Shown here piece by piece: positions 28,429-35,633 of a stretch of DNA of 42,384 bases. Numbering within the stretch: position 1 is the stretch's first letter; every line of letters begins with the position of its first letter. Under the pieces are notes generated by a model, which made no database searches, was not told where the DNA came from, and saw nothing but the letters and a program-made list of their open reading frames with translations. Position numbers and translations under genes: made by a program. Source of the stretch: Pseudomonas phage LPPA56; sequence record OR188718.1. One strand, written 5' to 3'.

Positions 28429-29091
28429 TTACTGCGCGCTGCGCGCGCAGTTGTTCAGAGCATTAAGTGGTGAAGGGATGAGGATTCTGCGGACGGCGAA
28501 AGCGGGCCGTGCGAGGCCCTTGCCGTCGATGCCCTGGTAGCCACCGCCGAAGTACTGGAACCACGCGCTGTTCGGGCCGTCCTGCGTGCTGGTGAGGCAC
28601 CAGCCCTTGCCCTGAAACTGTTCAGGGATGTGTGCCCAGCACAGGTACGCCTCTGCGCGGGACGGCAGGTAGAGATCCGTGTGTCCTTCAGCTTCCTGCT
28701 CGGTGGCCCATAGCGCAGCAGGGTGATCGATATCATGAGCGGTCAACGCACGGGTGTTGGCCAGGCCGTCGCGGATGTGATCTGCGCCGGTGACCCGGTA
28801 GCCGCGGCCGCCGTAGGTGATCGAGTCGATCTGTGCATGCTTCGGGGCGATAAGGTGGTAATCCGGTTCGCCATTTTCGCCACGCATCACGCCGACGTAA
28901 GTGCCGCCCTGGCCGTGCCAGTGCTGGCCGATAGCGGGCGGAGTGAGGTGGGCATCGAGAGTGATCAAATTGCCCTGGATGCTGCCGCTGGGTATCAGGC
29001 CTGTTTCCTGTTCCAAGGTGTGGCGGGCGAGCAGGGCGTTGGTGGTGATGAGCGTGGTGTCGCCGATTGCCAGAGTGATTTCGTTCTGCAT
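28429..29091 (-). CDS. DGR target protein 1 (DUF1566 / C-type-lectin-fold-like C-terminus carrying VR1)
   Basis: C-terminus WCLTSTQDGPNSAWFQYFGGGYQGIDGKGLARPAFAVRR = VR1. DUF1566-like motifs (GLANTRAL..., ...ARPAFAVRRI). No signal peptide. Confidence 0.8.
   Translation of the reverse strand: MQNEITLAIGDTTLITTNALLARHTLEQETGLIPSGSIQGNLITLDAHLTPPAIGQHWHGQGGTYVGVMRGENGEPDYHLIAPKHAQIDSITYGGRGYRVTGADHIRDGLANTRALTAHDIDHPAALWATEQEAEGHTDLYLPSRAEAYLCWAHIPEQFQGKGWCLTSTQDGPNSAWFQYFGGGYQGIDGKGLARPAFAVRRILIPSPLNALNNCARSAQ
28483..28584 (-). repeat. DGR variable repeat VR1
   Basis: Differs from the TR only at TR-adenine positions. Followed 32 nt 3' by an 8-bp GC hairpin (28432-28450). Confidence 0.85.
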
Positions 29092-29153
29092 GGTCTAGTC
29101 CTCAAAAATTTGAGCCGACCGCGCGCGGGGCGCGCGGCAGGAAAGCGAAGTGG

Positions 29154-29768
29154 TCAAGGGGTGACTTTGATTCTGCGGACGGCGAAAGCGGGCCGTGCGC
29201 TGACCTTGCCGCCGTCGGTCTGGTAGCCATCGCCGAAGAGCTGGATCCACGCGCCGTACGGGCCGTCCTGCGTACTGGTCCAATAACTGCGGGCCTCCAG
29301 CGCCTCCTCGCCGCCATCCTGGAAGATGGCAATGGGGCTCTGCCCGGGCGCCACGGCGGTGTACGGGTAGCCCGGCGGCAAGCTGCTGGGGTTGTCGCCA
29401 TCGCGGAAGCTGCACCAGTTCTCATCGGTGGTGGGCTTGCAGACCCGATAGATCATTTCGTTCTCGTCGCGGGCGCCGAGATACCAGTCGTTGTGGCCGC
29501 CAATCGAAAGGCCGAGCGCCCAGGCGGCCAGTTTCGAGCCGGCTTCGGCCATGGCCTTGGTGTTGGCCAGGCCGTCCACGAAGCTATCGGCGTCCGGGAT
29601 CAGCAGTCCGTACTCACCCCAGTGGATGGGAGCGTGGAAGCCCAGTGCTTTGGGTGCGCGGATGAGGGCGAAGCGCTCGCCCTGAATCTGGTACTGGCCC
29701 ATGTAGAAGCCGCCCTCGAACGGGGTGCCGAGGACGGTTGGCAGGGCGATGCTGGTCAGTGCGTTCAT
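29154..29768 (-). CDS. DGR target protein 2 (paralogue of target 1, VR2 at C-terminus)
   Basis: C-terminus YWTSTQDGPYGAWIQLFGDGYQTDGGKVSARPAFAVRRIKVTP. Shares the GLANT...W...YL core with target 1. Confidence 0.8.
   Translation of the reverse strand: MNALTSIALPTVLGTPFEGGFYMGQYQIQGERFALIRAPKALGFHAPIHWGEYGLLIPDADSFVDGLANTKAMAEAGSKLAAWALGLSIGGHNDWYLGARDENEMIYRVCKPTTDENWCSFRDGDNPSSLPPGYPYTAVAPGQSPIAIFQDGGEEALEARSYWTSTQDGPYGAWIQLFGDGYQTDGGKVSARPAFAVRRIKVTP
29169..29270 (-). repeat. DGR variable repeat VR2
   Basis: Differs from the TR only at TR-adenine positions. Followed 32 nt 3' by an 8-bp GC hairpin (29119-29137). Confidence 0.85.
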
Positions 29769-29779
29769 GTTTCATTTCC

Positions 29780-30322
29780 TCAGGCATTCGCGGTGCGATG
29801 GGTGATGGAGAGCAGATCCATCAGGCGGTAGTGGAAGCGGGTGCTGGCTTCTTCGATGGACCAGGGCTTGATGCGTGCCGCCAAGGGCTGGATACCGTTC
29901 AGGCAGGCCCACTCGGCGGGGTCGGCAGGCATCAGGTCGCGGCGCTCGGTGGCCAGCGCCACCAGGTCGGCGTGCTTGACTGACTCCGGCAGTTCCTTGT
30001 CCAGGTCGAACCGGGTGCAGATGGCTTCCCAGATGTGGTCCTCGACTTCGCGGTAGGCATGTATCTGCTTCTTGAGCGGCCGGACCATGTCACCGACGTA
30101 GGACTCGGTGGCGTCATGCAGCAGGGCGGACAGGCAGTCGGTGCTCGGCACCAGGTCTGCCACCAGGTAGCTGTGCTGGGCAACGCTGTAGTGCTGGGAC
30201 ACGTGGCCGTTGAACCGGCAGCAGTGGGCCAGGGCGTGGGAGATATCCCGCGGATCGATCATTTCCGGCTTGGGCTCGAATAGGTCGAAGCGCTTGCCGG
30301 TGTAGGTGAGAATCCAGGTCAT
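29780..30322 (-). CDS. HD-domain phosphohydrolase (YfdR-like 5'-deoxynucleotidase)
   Basis: HD motif context HSYLVADL...LLHDATESYVGD; 180 aa as in prophage YfdR. Confidence 0.7.
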   Translation of the reverse strand: MTWILTYTGKRFDLFEPKPEMIDPRDISHALAHCCRFNGHVSQHYSVAQHSYLVADLVPSTDCLSALLHDATESYVGDMVRPLKKQIHAYREVEDHIWEAICTRFDLDKELPESVKHADLVALATERRDLMPADPAEWACLNGIQPLAARIKPWSIEEASTRFHYRLMDLLSITHRTANA

Positions 30323-30330
30323 GGGTCACC

Positions 30331-31065
30331 TCACATGCACATCGGCGCGGTGTCGCCGGTGTAGTCGAGGTCCACCGCCTCCCAGGCGGAGAGTCTGTCT
30401 GTCGACTTGGCGTGCGGCAGGTTGGCCCCAGGTGCCTCGGACTCCTCGGCCTTGACCAAGGCGTAGGTGACGGCCTCGCGGATCGTCCTGGTGCCCCGGA
30501 AGGTATCGCCGACCTCGAAGCTCAAGGTGAAGGTGCCGAAGTCTGCGGAGCCGGTTGCATGCTGCTCGAGGAAGTCAAACAGCTTCGTATCAAGCGGCGG
30601 GGGCACTTCAGCGGCGAGTGCGGCCGGGATGCGCTGGAGCAACGCGCGGATTGCTTCCTGCGCGGCGTGGGCCTCTTCAGCCTTGTCGTTAGCGTGCAGG
30701 CGGGCGAACACGTCTCCGGCCAGGCGGAGCAGCTTCGCGGAGGTGGTGAGGGTGTCTCCGTCGCCTGGCTGAAACTGAGCGTACTGGGTACGGGCGTTGT
30801 TCCTGTCCAGGATCTGGTCGGCCTGCAGAAGCAGTGCTGCACGATCGTTGATGTGTTTCGCCTGCATCGCGCCCACGTCGGCCTGGAGAGCTCGAATGTG
30901 GACCTGCTGGTCTTCGATGCGGAGTTCGCAGGCTCTGGATGCATCGTCGTGGCCGGAGTTGTAGCCATTGGCATAGGCGGCGCGAGAGGCGCGGAGTGCG
31001 AAGAACAGAACCGCGGCGCAGGCGAGAGCCAGTCCGCCGATGATGAACTGATAGGTGATAGGCAT
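30331..31065 (-). CDS. hypothetical membrane-anchored protein
   Basis: N-terminal TM helix IIGGLALACAAVLFFAL. Shares the start context CACAGCACATG with the next two genes. Confidence 0.45.
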   Translation of the reverse strand: MPITYQFIIGGLALACAAVLFFALRASRAAYANGYNSGHDDASRACELRIEDQQVHIRALQADVGAMQAKHINDRAALLLQADQILDRNNARTQYAQFQPGDGDTLTTSAKLLRLAGDVFARLHANDKAEEAHAAQEAIRALLQRIPAALAAEVPPPLDTKLFDFLEQHATGSADFGTFTLSFEVGDTFRGTRTIREAVTYALVKAEESEAPGANLPHAKSTDRLSAWEAVDLDYTGDTAPMCM

Positions 31066-31131
31066 GTGCTGTGTCCTCGTATAGCCCGCCGCCGGTGTAG
31101 AGGCCGGCGGCGGGGTGCTGCGTGGTAGGAG

Positions 31132-31941
31132 TTATTCGCCGACCTTGAAGGTGCCGATGGTCAGATCGGTGGAGGTGATGTCGGTAGCGAGCATGTCCTT
31201 GAACTCCTGCGCGATTTCCTCTCGCACCTGCTGTTCAGCTACCCAGCGAGGCTTGATTACCGGTTTGGCTTCGCCAGTCAGCACTGACAGGCGCAGGACG
31301 AAACTGCGCAGCGGCAGGCCGTCGTAGGGCAGGCAGGTGAAGATCAGCGAGGCCGGCAGCGTGTCCTGGCTGGCAGCCTCGATCTGGTCCATGGCGCTGC
31401 GCGACGCATTGAAGTTGCCCTCAACGCTGGTGCGCTCGCTGGAAGCCTTGATGGTGATGTTGCGTACTGCCGCGATGGCCTGGACCAGGGGCATTTCCTG
31501 ATCATCCGGGGAGATCGCCTTCAGGAAGTCGCGCCAGTCTTCCATCCACTCAGCCAGGTCCTTCTGCGACAGACGCTGGCCAGCGATGTCTTGCAGAGCG
31601 GCATAAGCGGCCGTGGGCTGCAGCGCCAAGGTGGCGATATCGTCGGCGTGCCCGGCCAGTTCGGTATCACCCAGGTTGAAGATCACCCGGCAGGACATGC
31701 TGTCCTTGTCGACGAAGCCGCGAGCCTCTTCTCCGGCGCGCTCGTTCACGTAGGTTACGAAATCTGCGAGCGAGGAGGTGGTCAGGGCACCACGGAAACG
31801 GTTGCGGTGCGCTTCCAGCCGTTCCAGGCTTTGGAGCTTGAAGCCCTCCGGGACAACCGCCATGGCGCCGGCCGAGCCGGTGATACGGGTGCCTGCGGCA
31901 GCGATGGCGTTGGCGAGGACCAGTTGCAGTGCTTCTTTCAT
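31132..31941 (-). CDS. DUF2303 (YfdQ-like) protein
   Basis: 269 aa, size and neighbourhood (beside an HD/YfdR-like gene) as in the yfdPQR cluster. Similarity judged from memory only. Confidence 0.4.
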   Translation of the reverse strand: MKEALQLVLANAIAAAGTRITGSAGAMAVVPEGFKLQSLERLEAHRNRFRGALTTSSLADFVTYVNERAGEEARGFVDKDSMSCRVIFNLGDTELAGHADDIATLALQPTAAYAALQDIAGQRLSQKDLAEWMEDWRDFLKAISPDDQEMPLVQAIAAVRNITIKASSERTSVEGNFNASRSAMDQIEAASQDTLPASLIFTCLPYDGLPLRSFVLRLSVLTGEAKPVIKPRWVAEQQVREEIAQEFKDMLATDITSTDLTIGTFKVGE

Positions 31942-31986
31942 GTGCTGTGTTCCTTGATGTAGTAGAGGTTGTGGGGTGTGGACGGG

Positions 31987-32334
31987 TTAAGCGTCCTGGG
32001 GGACGACCGGTGCCTGCTGGCGGTTGAACAACTGGTCGGTCGGGTTGGTCTGGAATAGCTCCAGGCCGTTAGGGGTGACGTACATCGGGGTGTCCAGCGC
32101 GGTGTCTTCGCTGCGACTGCCGCGCTTGGTGGGCACCTTGTAGTCGAGTTTGTGGTTGATCTTTACCTGGTTGGATTCGCCGATCTGACTGAGCTCCAAG
32201 GTGATGACGACTTTGCCTTTCTTGCCGAACTCGACCACGCCGGAGCCGACGTCGGAGAGGGCCGTGCCGATCTGGTTGGCGAAGACGCCCGCATTCAGCG
32301 AGCTGAAGAAGTCGTTCACGTCGGTCTTTTTCAT
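31987..32334 (-). CDS. hypothetical protein
   Basis: 115-aa ORF with GAGG RBS and conserved start context. Confidence 0.4.
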   Translation of the reverse strand: MKKTDVNDFFSSLNAGVFANQIGTALSDVGSGVVEFGKKGKVVITLELSQIGESNQVKINHKLDYKVPTKRGSRSEDTALDTPMYVTPNGLELFQTNPTDQLFNRQQAPVVPQDA

Positions 32335-32551
32335 GTGCTGTGCCTCGTTGGTGGTGGTTGGTATTCCCCAGGACGCTCTCGTCGAAAGCGCCCTGGGGAA
32401 GGCCCGTCTCCAGGCCTTCCGGTTTCACATACGCCGCCATATGTGACTGCTGGTCGAGCTCGGCCAGTTGGGCTGACCTGCCCCGGTTGGGATGTCTACA
32501 TGGCTGCCACTCCTCCCTGTCGTTTCACCCGGTTGCGCCGGGGCGCGTCGA

Positions 32552-32788
32552 TCAGGCTGCCTTGACGCCCTTAGCGTCGAGGAACTCGGCCAGGTCCGTC
32601 AGGTACACCAGCGGCTCCTCCAGTCGGGACGTCGTGAGCTTGCGGGTGACCAGTGCCACCTCCCCGCTCTTGATCAGAGCCCGCAGGCGTTTATCGGTCT
32701 TCAGGTGTGGGAAGTACGCTGCCCGGACCTGGGCGAGGGTGAGCGTTGCTGTACCCCACTGCTGGTAGAGCTGCTCAAGTGTCGTCAT
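32552..32788 (-). CDS. PrtN-like small DNA-binding activator / excisionase-like protein
   Basis: 78 aa; LTLAQVRAAYFPHLKTDKRLRALIKSGEVAL resembles the PrtN family common in Pseudomonas prophages. Confidence 0.4.
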   Translation of the reverse strand: MTTLEQLYQQWGTATLTLAQVRAAYFPHLKTDKRLRALIKSGEVALVTRKLTTSRLEEPLVYLTDLAEFLDAKGVKAA

Positions 32789-33153
32789 AGCGCCTCCCCG
32801 CGCCCCGCTGGTAGGCGAGCCGACACCAAGGCGACTAGGCCGTTGACTGTCTTGCCGAGGCCGCTAGCGGCGATGTTGCCCGCCGCGTCGGTGACTATGG
32901 CGCCGTAAGGGCGCACTTCGTCGTTGGTGAGCGTGACGTGGGGTAGCCAGCCGCGCGGGGTGATGGCCACCAAGGCGGTATAGAGGAGCGCCAGTTGAGT
33001 TACTTCCTGGGGCTGGGTGTCCAGGCGGTCGATGCACTCTGCCGCGGCGGCCTGTAGAGCGTCGGCCGGGTAGGCAGTCGGTGCCGCGAAGTGCATGCCG
33101 ACCAGCTTGAGCGTGCCGACGGCGTCGGCGATGGGGTTCGGTTTCGGAGTCAT
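32785..33153 (-). CDS. hypothetical protein
   Basis: 122-aa ORF ATGA-coupled on both sides. Confidence 0.4.
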   Translation of the reverse strand: MTPKPNPIADAVGTLKLVGMHFAAPTAYPADALQAAAAECIDRLDTQPQEVTQLALLYTALVAITPRGWLPHVTLTNDEVRPYGAIVTDAAGNIAASGLGKTVNGLVALVSARLPAGRGEAL

Positions 33154-33434
33154 GCCACGTCGTCCTTGTGCTGGGTGACGGTGATGGACACGCCGAGGCG
33201 CTTGGCCAGGTAGGCGATTCCAGCCTCGGTGACCATCACCACGCTGTAGTGGGTGTACTGGCCCAGTCGCGGGTTCCAGCGCGAGCGCGGATCCATGAAC
33301 AGGTGGCCCTGGCCGATGTGCTTGGCCGCCAGGGTGCCGTCCTGGTTCAGGTCCTTGTGCTGCCGCAGGTGGTTGCGCAGGTCCCGTTCGCTGACGCCGA
33401 GGGCGGCAGCTGCATGGCGGATATCCCGGTTCAT
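33150..33434 (-). CDS. hypothetical protein, possible HTH regulator
   Basis: 94 aa; ALGVSERDLRNHLRQHK is HTH-like. Confidence 0.35.
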   Translation of the reverse strand: MNRDIRHAAAALGVSERDLRNHLRQHKDLNQDGTLAAKHIGQGHLFMDPRSRWNPRLGQYTHYSVVMVTEAGIAYLAKRLGVSITVTQHKDDVA

Positions 33435-33445
33435 GGCGGGCCCTC

Positions 33446-34015
33446 TCAGGCTGCGTTCTTTGCGCGGAGTTGGAGCAGTGCCATCACTTCGTCCAGCGTC
33501 TGGTAGAGATCATTCAGACTGCCGTCGTTGCTGATGAACAGGTCGTGTGCCCCCGCTGTGATGCCCGACTCGCTACTGTGCGCGGCGACTTCGGCGGTAT
33601 CCTGTCGATGCAGATGGACGACTACGCCGCCCTTGGCGCGGATCCAGTCCGCCTCGTTGTCGAAGCGCACGTCGCTGATGACGAACCCCTGGGCCTGAGG
33701 CATCGCCTCCAGGTGGTTGGATAGGTTCATGTCGGCCAGCATCAGCCAGAGCTGCGGATGCACTAAGTTGCGGCCCCACTCAGTGCCCAGCAGTTGCATC
33801 AGTTCGCGCGGCGACTTGCCCAGCCAAGGCAGCGGCTGTTCCTTCGCCGGACCCTCCAGGGCGGACCCGGGCAAGTTCAGCATGTCGAGCAGGGCCAGCT
33901 TCAGCGGTGAGGCTAGGGCATAGACCAGCAGGCCGAACTGGGCGGCGAGGTAGTTCGCCGCAGTGTCTTTGCCGGAGCGAGCGCGGCCAGTGAGGCCGAT
34001 CAGGAAGGGCTTCAT
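33446..34015 (-). CDS. P-loop dNMP-kinase-like protein
   Basis: GLTGRARSGKDT Walker A of the phage deoxynucleotide monophosphate kinase type. Start ATG 34015 with GGAGG RBS (track ORF extends to 34246). Confidence 0.5.
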   Translation of the reverse strand: MKPFLIGLTGRARSGKDTAANYLAAQFGLLVYALASPLKLALLDMLNLPGSALEGPAKEQPLPWLGKSPRELMQLLGTEWGRNLVHPQLWLMLADMNLSNHLEAMPQAQGFVISDVRFDNEADWIRAKGGVVVHLHRQDTAEVAAHSSESGITAGAHDLFISNDGSLNDLYQTLDEVMALLQLRAKNAA

Positions 34016-34320
34016 GCCGCGGCCTCCATGCTGAGGTAGCGCTGGGTGAAGGTCAGGAGCATCGACAGGTTCTGCCGGGATTCGTCCTCCGTGAGGTTCC
34101 TGCGACGGCCACGGGTGTCGGCGCCGATGAAGGCGTACTCGTAGGCATGGGCAACTCGGGCTCCCAACGGCGTGGTGTCGTCGGCCCGGTGGATTGAAAC
34201 GGAGACGTCCGCGTCGATGCAGGACAGATAGAAGGTGGCCTTCCACTTGCCCTGGCTGTCGATCAGCAGGCAGGTGGAGAGGATCTGCAGCAGTAGTTCC
34301 TCAATGGTGGGCTTGTTCAT
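34012..34320 (-). CDS. hypothetical protein
   Basis: 102 aa from ATG 34320 (GGAGGTG RBS). Confidence 0.4.
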   Translation of the reverse strand: MNKPTIEELLLQILSTCLLIDSQGKWKATFYLSCIDADVSVSIHRADDTTPLGARVAHAYEYAFIGADTRGRRRNLTEDESRQNLSMLLTFTQRYLSMEAAA

Positions 34321-34526
34321 GCAGCACCTCCCCACGGGCCGCTGTCGGCATCCGTGCTGGGGGCGACAGGGCGCGGCTGGTAGAGACAGGCGCGCTGGGA
34401 GGTGCTGATGATCACCAGCAGCCCGGTGCGGGCCTGGATGGCCTCAACAGTGGCGGGGCTGGTGGCCGCTGCCGGGTGTAGGTACACCGGGCAGCGGGCT
34501 TTGGGCGTGTGCTGTGCCGATTGCAT
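34317..34526 (-). CDS. first gene of the leftward early operon, unknown function
   Basis: 69 aa. GGAG RBS. 31 nt downstream of the predicted PL start. Confidence 0.4.
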   Translation of the reverse strand: MQSAQHTPKARCPVYLHPAAATSPATVEAIQARTGLLVIISTSQRACLYQPRPVAPSTDADSGPWGGAA

Positions 34527-34563
34527 GTCTCGTACTCCAAGGTAGAGGGTGGGTACGAAACAC

Positions 34564-34605
34564 AGATTAGCTACAGCTAATTACATTAGCAATACAGAAT
34601 GCTAA
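34564..34605 (-). promoter_or_regulatory. PL/OL: -35 TTGCTA (34592-34587), 17-bp spacer, -10 TAATCT (34569-34564). Operators: TTAGCtacaGCTAA (34567-34580) and TTAGCAatacagaaTGCTAA (34586-34605)
   Basis: Read directly. Identical hexamers and operator placement to PR at 35357-35385. Confidence 0.55.
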
Positions 34606-34613
34606 ATTTTTTG

Positions 34614-35300
34614 TCAGGCGGAGGGAATAAAGCGTGAGGACTTGACTATCGCTCCAACGAAATGGACATGGACGATCTCGTCGTCTTCCAGGAAGACGGG
34701 AGATTCGTTGGGGTTCACGCTGTCGAAGCGCCAAGTGCCCTCTCGGCGGTAGCTGTATTCCTTGATCATTGCGCGGCCATCAACTGTCTTAACCAGCACT
34801 TCGTCGCCTGGCGCAAAGGAGCGGTTTGGCTCGATCATCACATACTCTTTGTGCTTGATTCTCGGGTGCATGCTATGCCCGACAACCTGCAGCGCATAGG
34901 CATTGGGATCGGTGCTGCTGATTAAGATGCTGCCGTCGCCATGGCCCACTGGATAGTCTAGGGCCTCGAAGTATCCATCTACACCCAACTTAGCTTTCCC
35001 TACTACTGGGACGCTTCCTTTCAGCACCGGTAGGGCTTCCTCTTCCAGGTTGCTCACCGGTAGGTCTTTCCCTTGAGCCCGATGCACGTCCGGGAATTGG
35101 GTTGGCATCACAAGAGAGTTCGGTGCTAGGCCAATCTTTGCCTCTAGGTTTCGTGCGGCTTTCTCGCCCATCGGGCGATGGCCATTCAGCAGTTGCGAGA
35201 TGTAGGAAGCGTCAAGGTTGTGCTTCTCAGCAAAATCCTTGGTCTTCTGATCGCCGATGAGGGCGCCAAGGGCGCGGATTCTGAGCTTGTTGATGTCCAT
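34614..35300 (-). CDS. cI: CI-like repressor (XRE HTH + S24 LexA-like peptidase domain)
   Basis: N-terminus DFAEKHNLDASYISQLLNG (HTH). C-terminus GHSMHP (catalytic Ser) and VDGRAMIKEY (Lys). Divergent from cro. Confidence 0.85.
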   Translation of the reverse strand: MDINKLRIRALGALIGDQKTKDFAEKHNLDASYISQLLNGHRPMGEKAARNLEAKIGLAPNSLVMPTQFPDVHRAQGKDLPVSNLEEEALPVLKGSVPVVGKAKLGVDGYFEALDYPVGHGDGSILISSTDPNAYALQVVGHSMHPRIKHKEYVMIEPNRSFAPGDEVLVKTVDGRAMIKEYSYRREGTWRFDSVNPNESPVFLEDDEIVHVHFVGAIVKSSRFIPSA

Positions 35301-35320
35301 GGGCCAAGGTTCGCCAAGTG

Positions 35321-35385
35321 TTAGCGTTTTGTAAATTGATGGCTGCTAATCCCTTGTTGCTATATTCGTTAGCGGACGCTAATCT
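35321..35385 (+). promoter_or_regulatory. PR/OR: -35 TTGCTA (35357-62), 17 bp, -10 TAATCT (35380-85). Operators: TTAGCggacGCTAA (35369-82) and TTAGC-N19-GCTAA (35321-49)
   Basis: Read directly; 14-bp palindrome overlaps spacer and -10. Confidence 0.55.
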
Positions 35386-35402
35386 TTGCGGCAGGAGGGA
35401 CC

Positions 35403-35633
35403 ATGAAACTACTCGACTACCTCAAGCCCCTGAGTAAAGACGCAAAGGCAGCGCTTGCGGCCCGTTGTGGGACGACTGTGGGGCAACTGACCCAGGTGGC
35501 TTACGGGCATCGTCGGGCGAATGCCGCCCTGGCAATTGATCTCGATAGGGAGACTGGCGGTGTTGTGGCATGCGAAGAGACCAGGCCTGACATCGACTGG
35601 GCCTATCTCCGCGGGAAGCAGCGAGCGGCATGA
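35403..35633 (+). CDS. cro: Cro-like regulator (YdaS/Cro family)
   Basis: 76 aa, divergent from cI, GGAGGG RBS; sequence typical of small Cro/YdaS HTH proteins. Confidence 0.55.
   Translation: MKLLDYLKPLSKDAKAALAARCGTTVGQLTQVAYGHRRANAALAIDLDRETGGVVACEETRPDIDWAYLRGKQRAA

Noticed and set aside
28455-29425. ORFs 28455..28736 and 29102..29425 and the RT extension all ending in HGPLSPSAES-like peptides
   Set aside because: The shared peptide is simply the invariant 3' end of the DGR repeat translated in an alternative frame, not a conserved protein.
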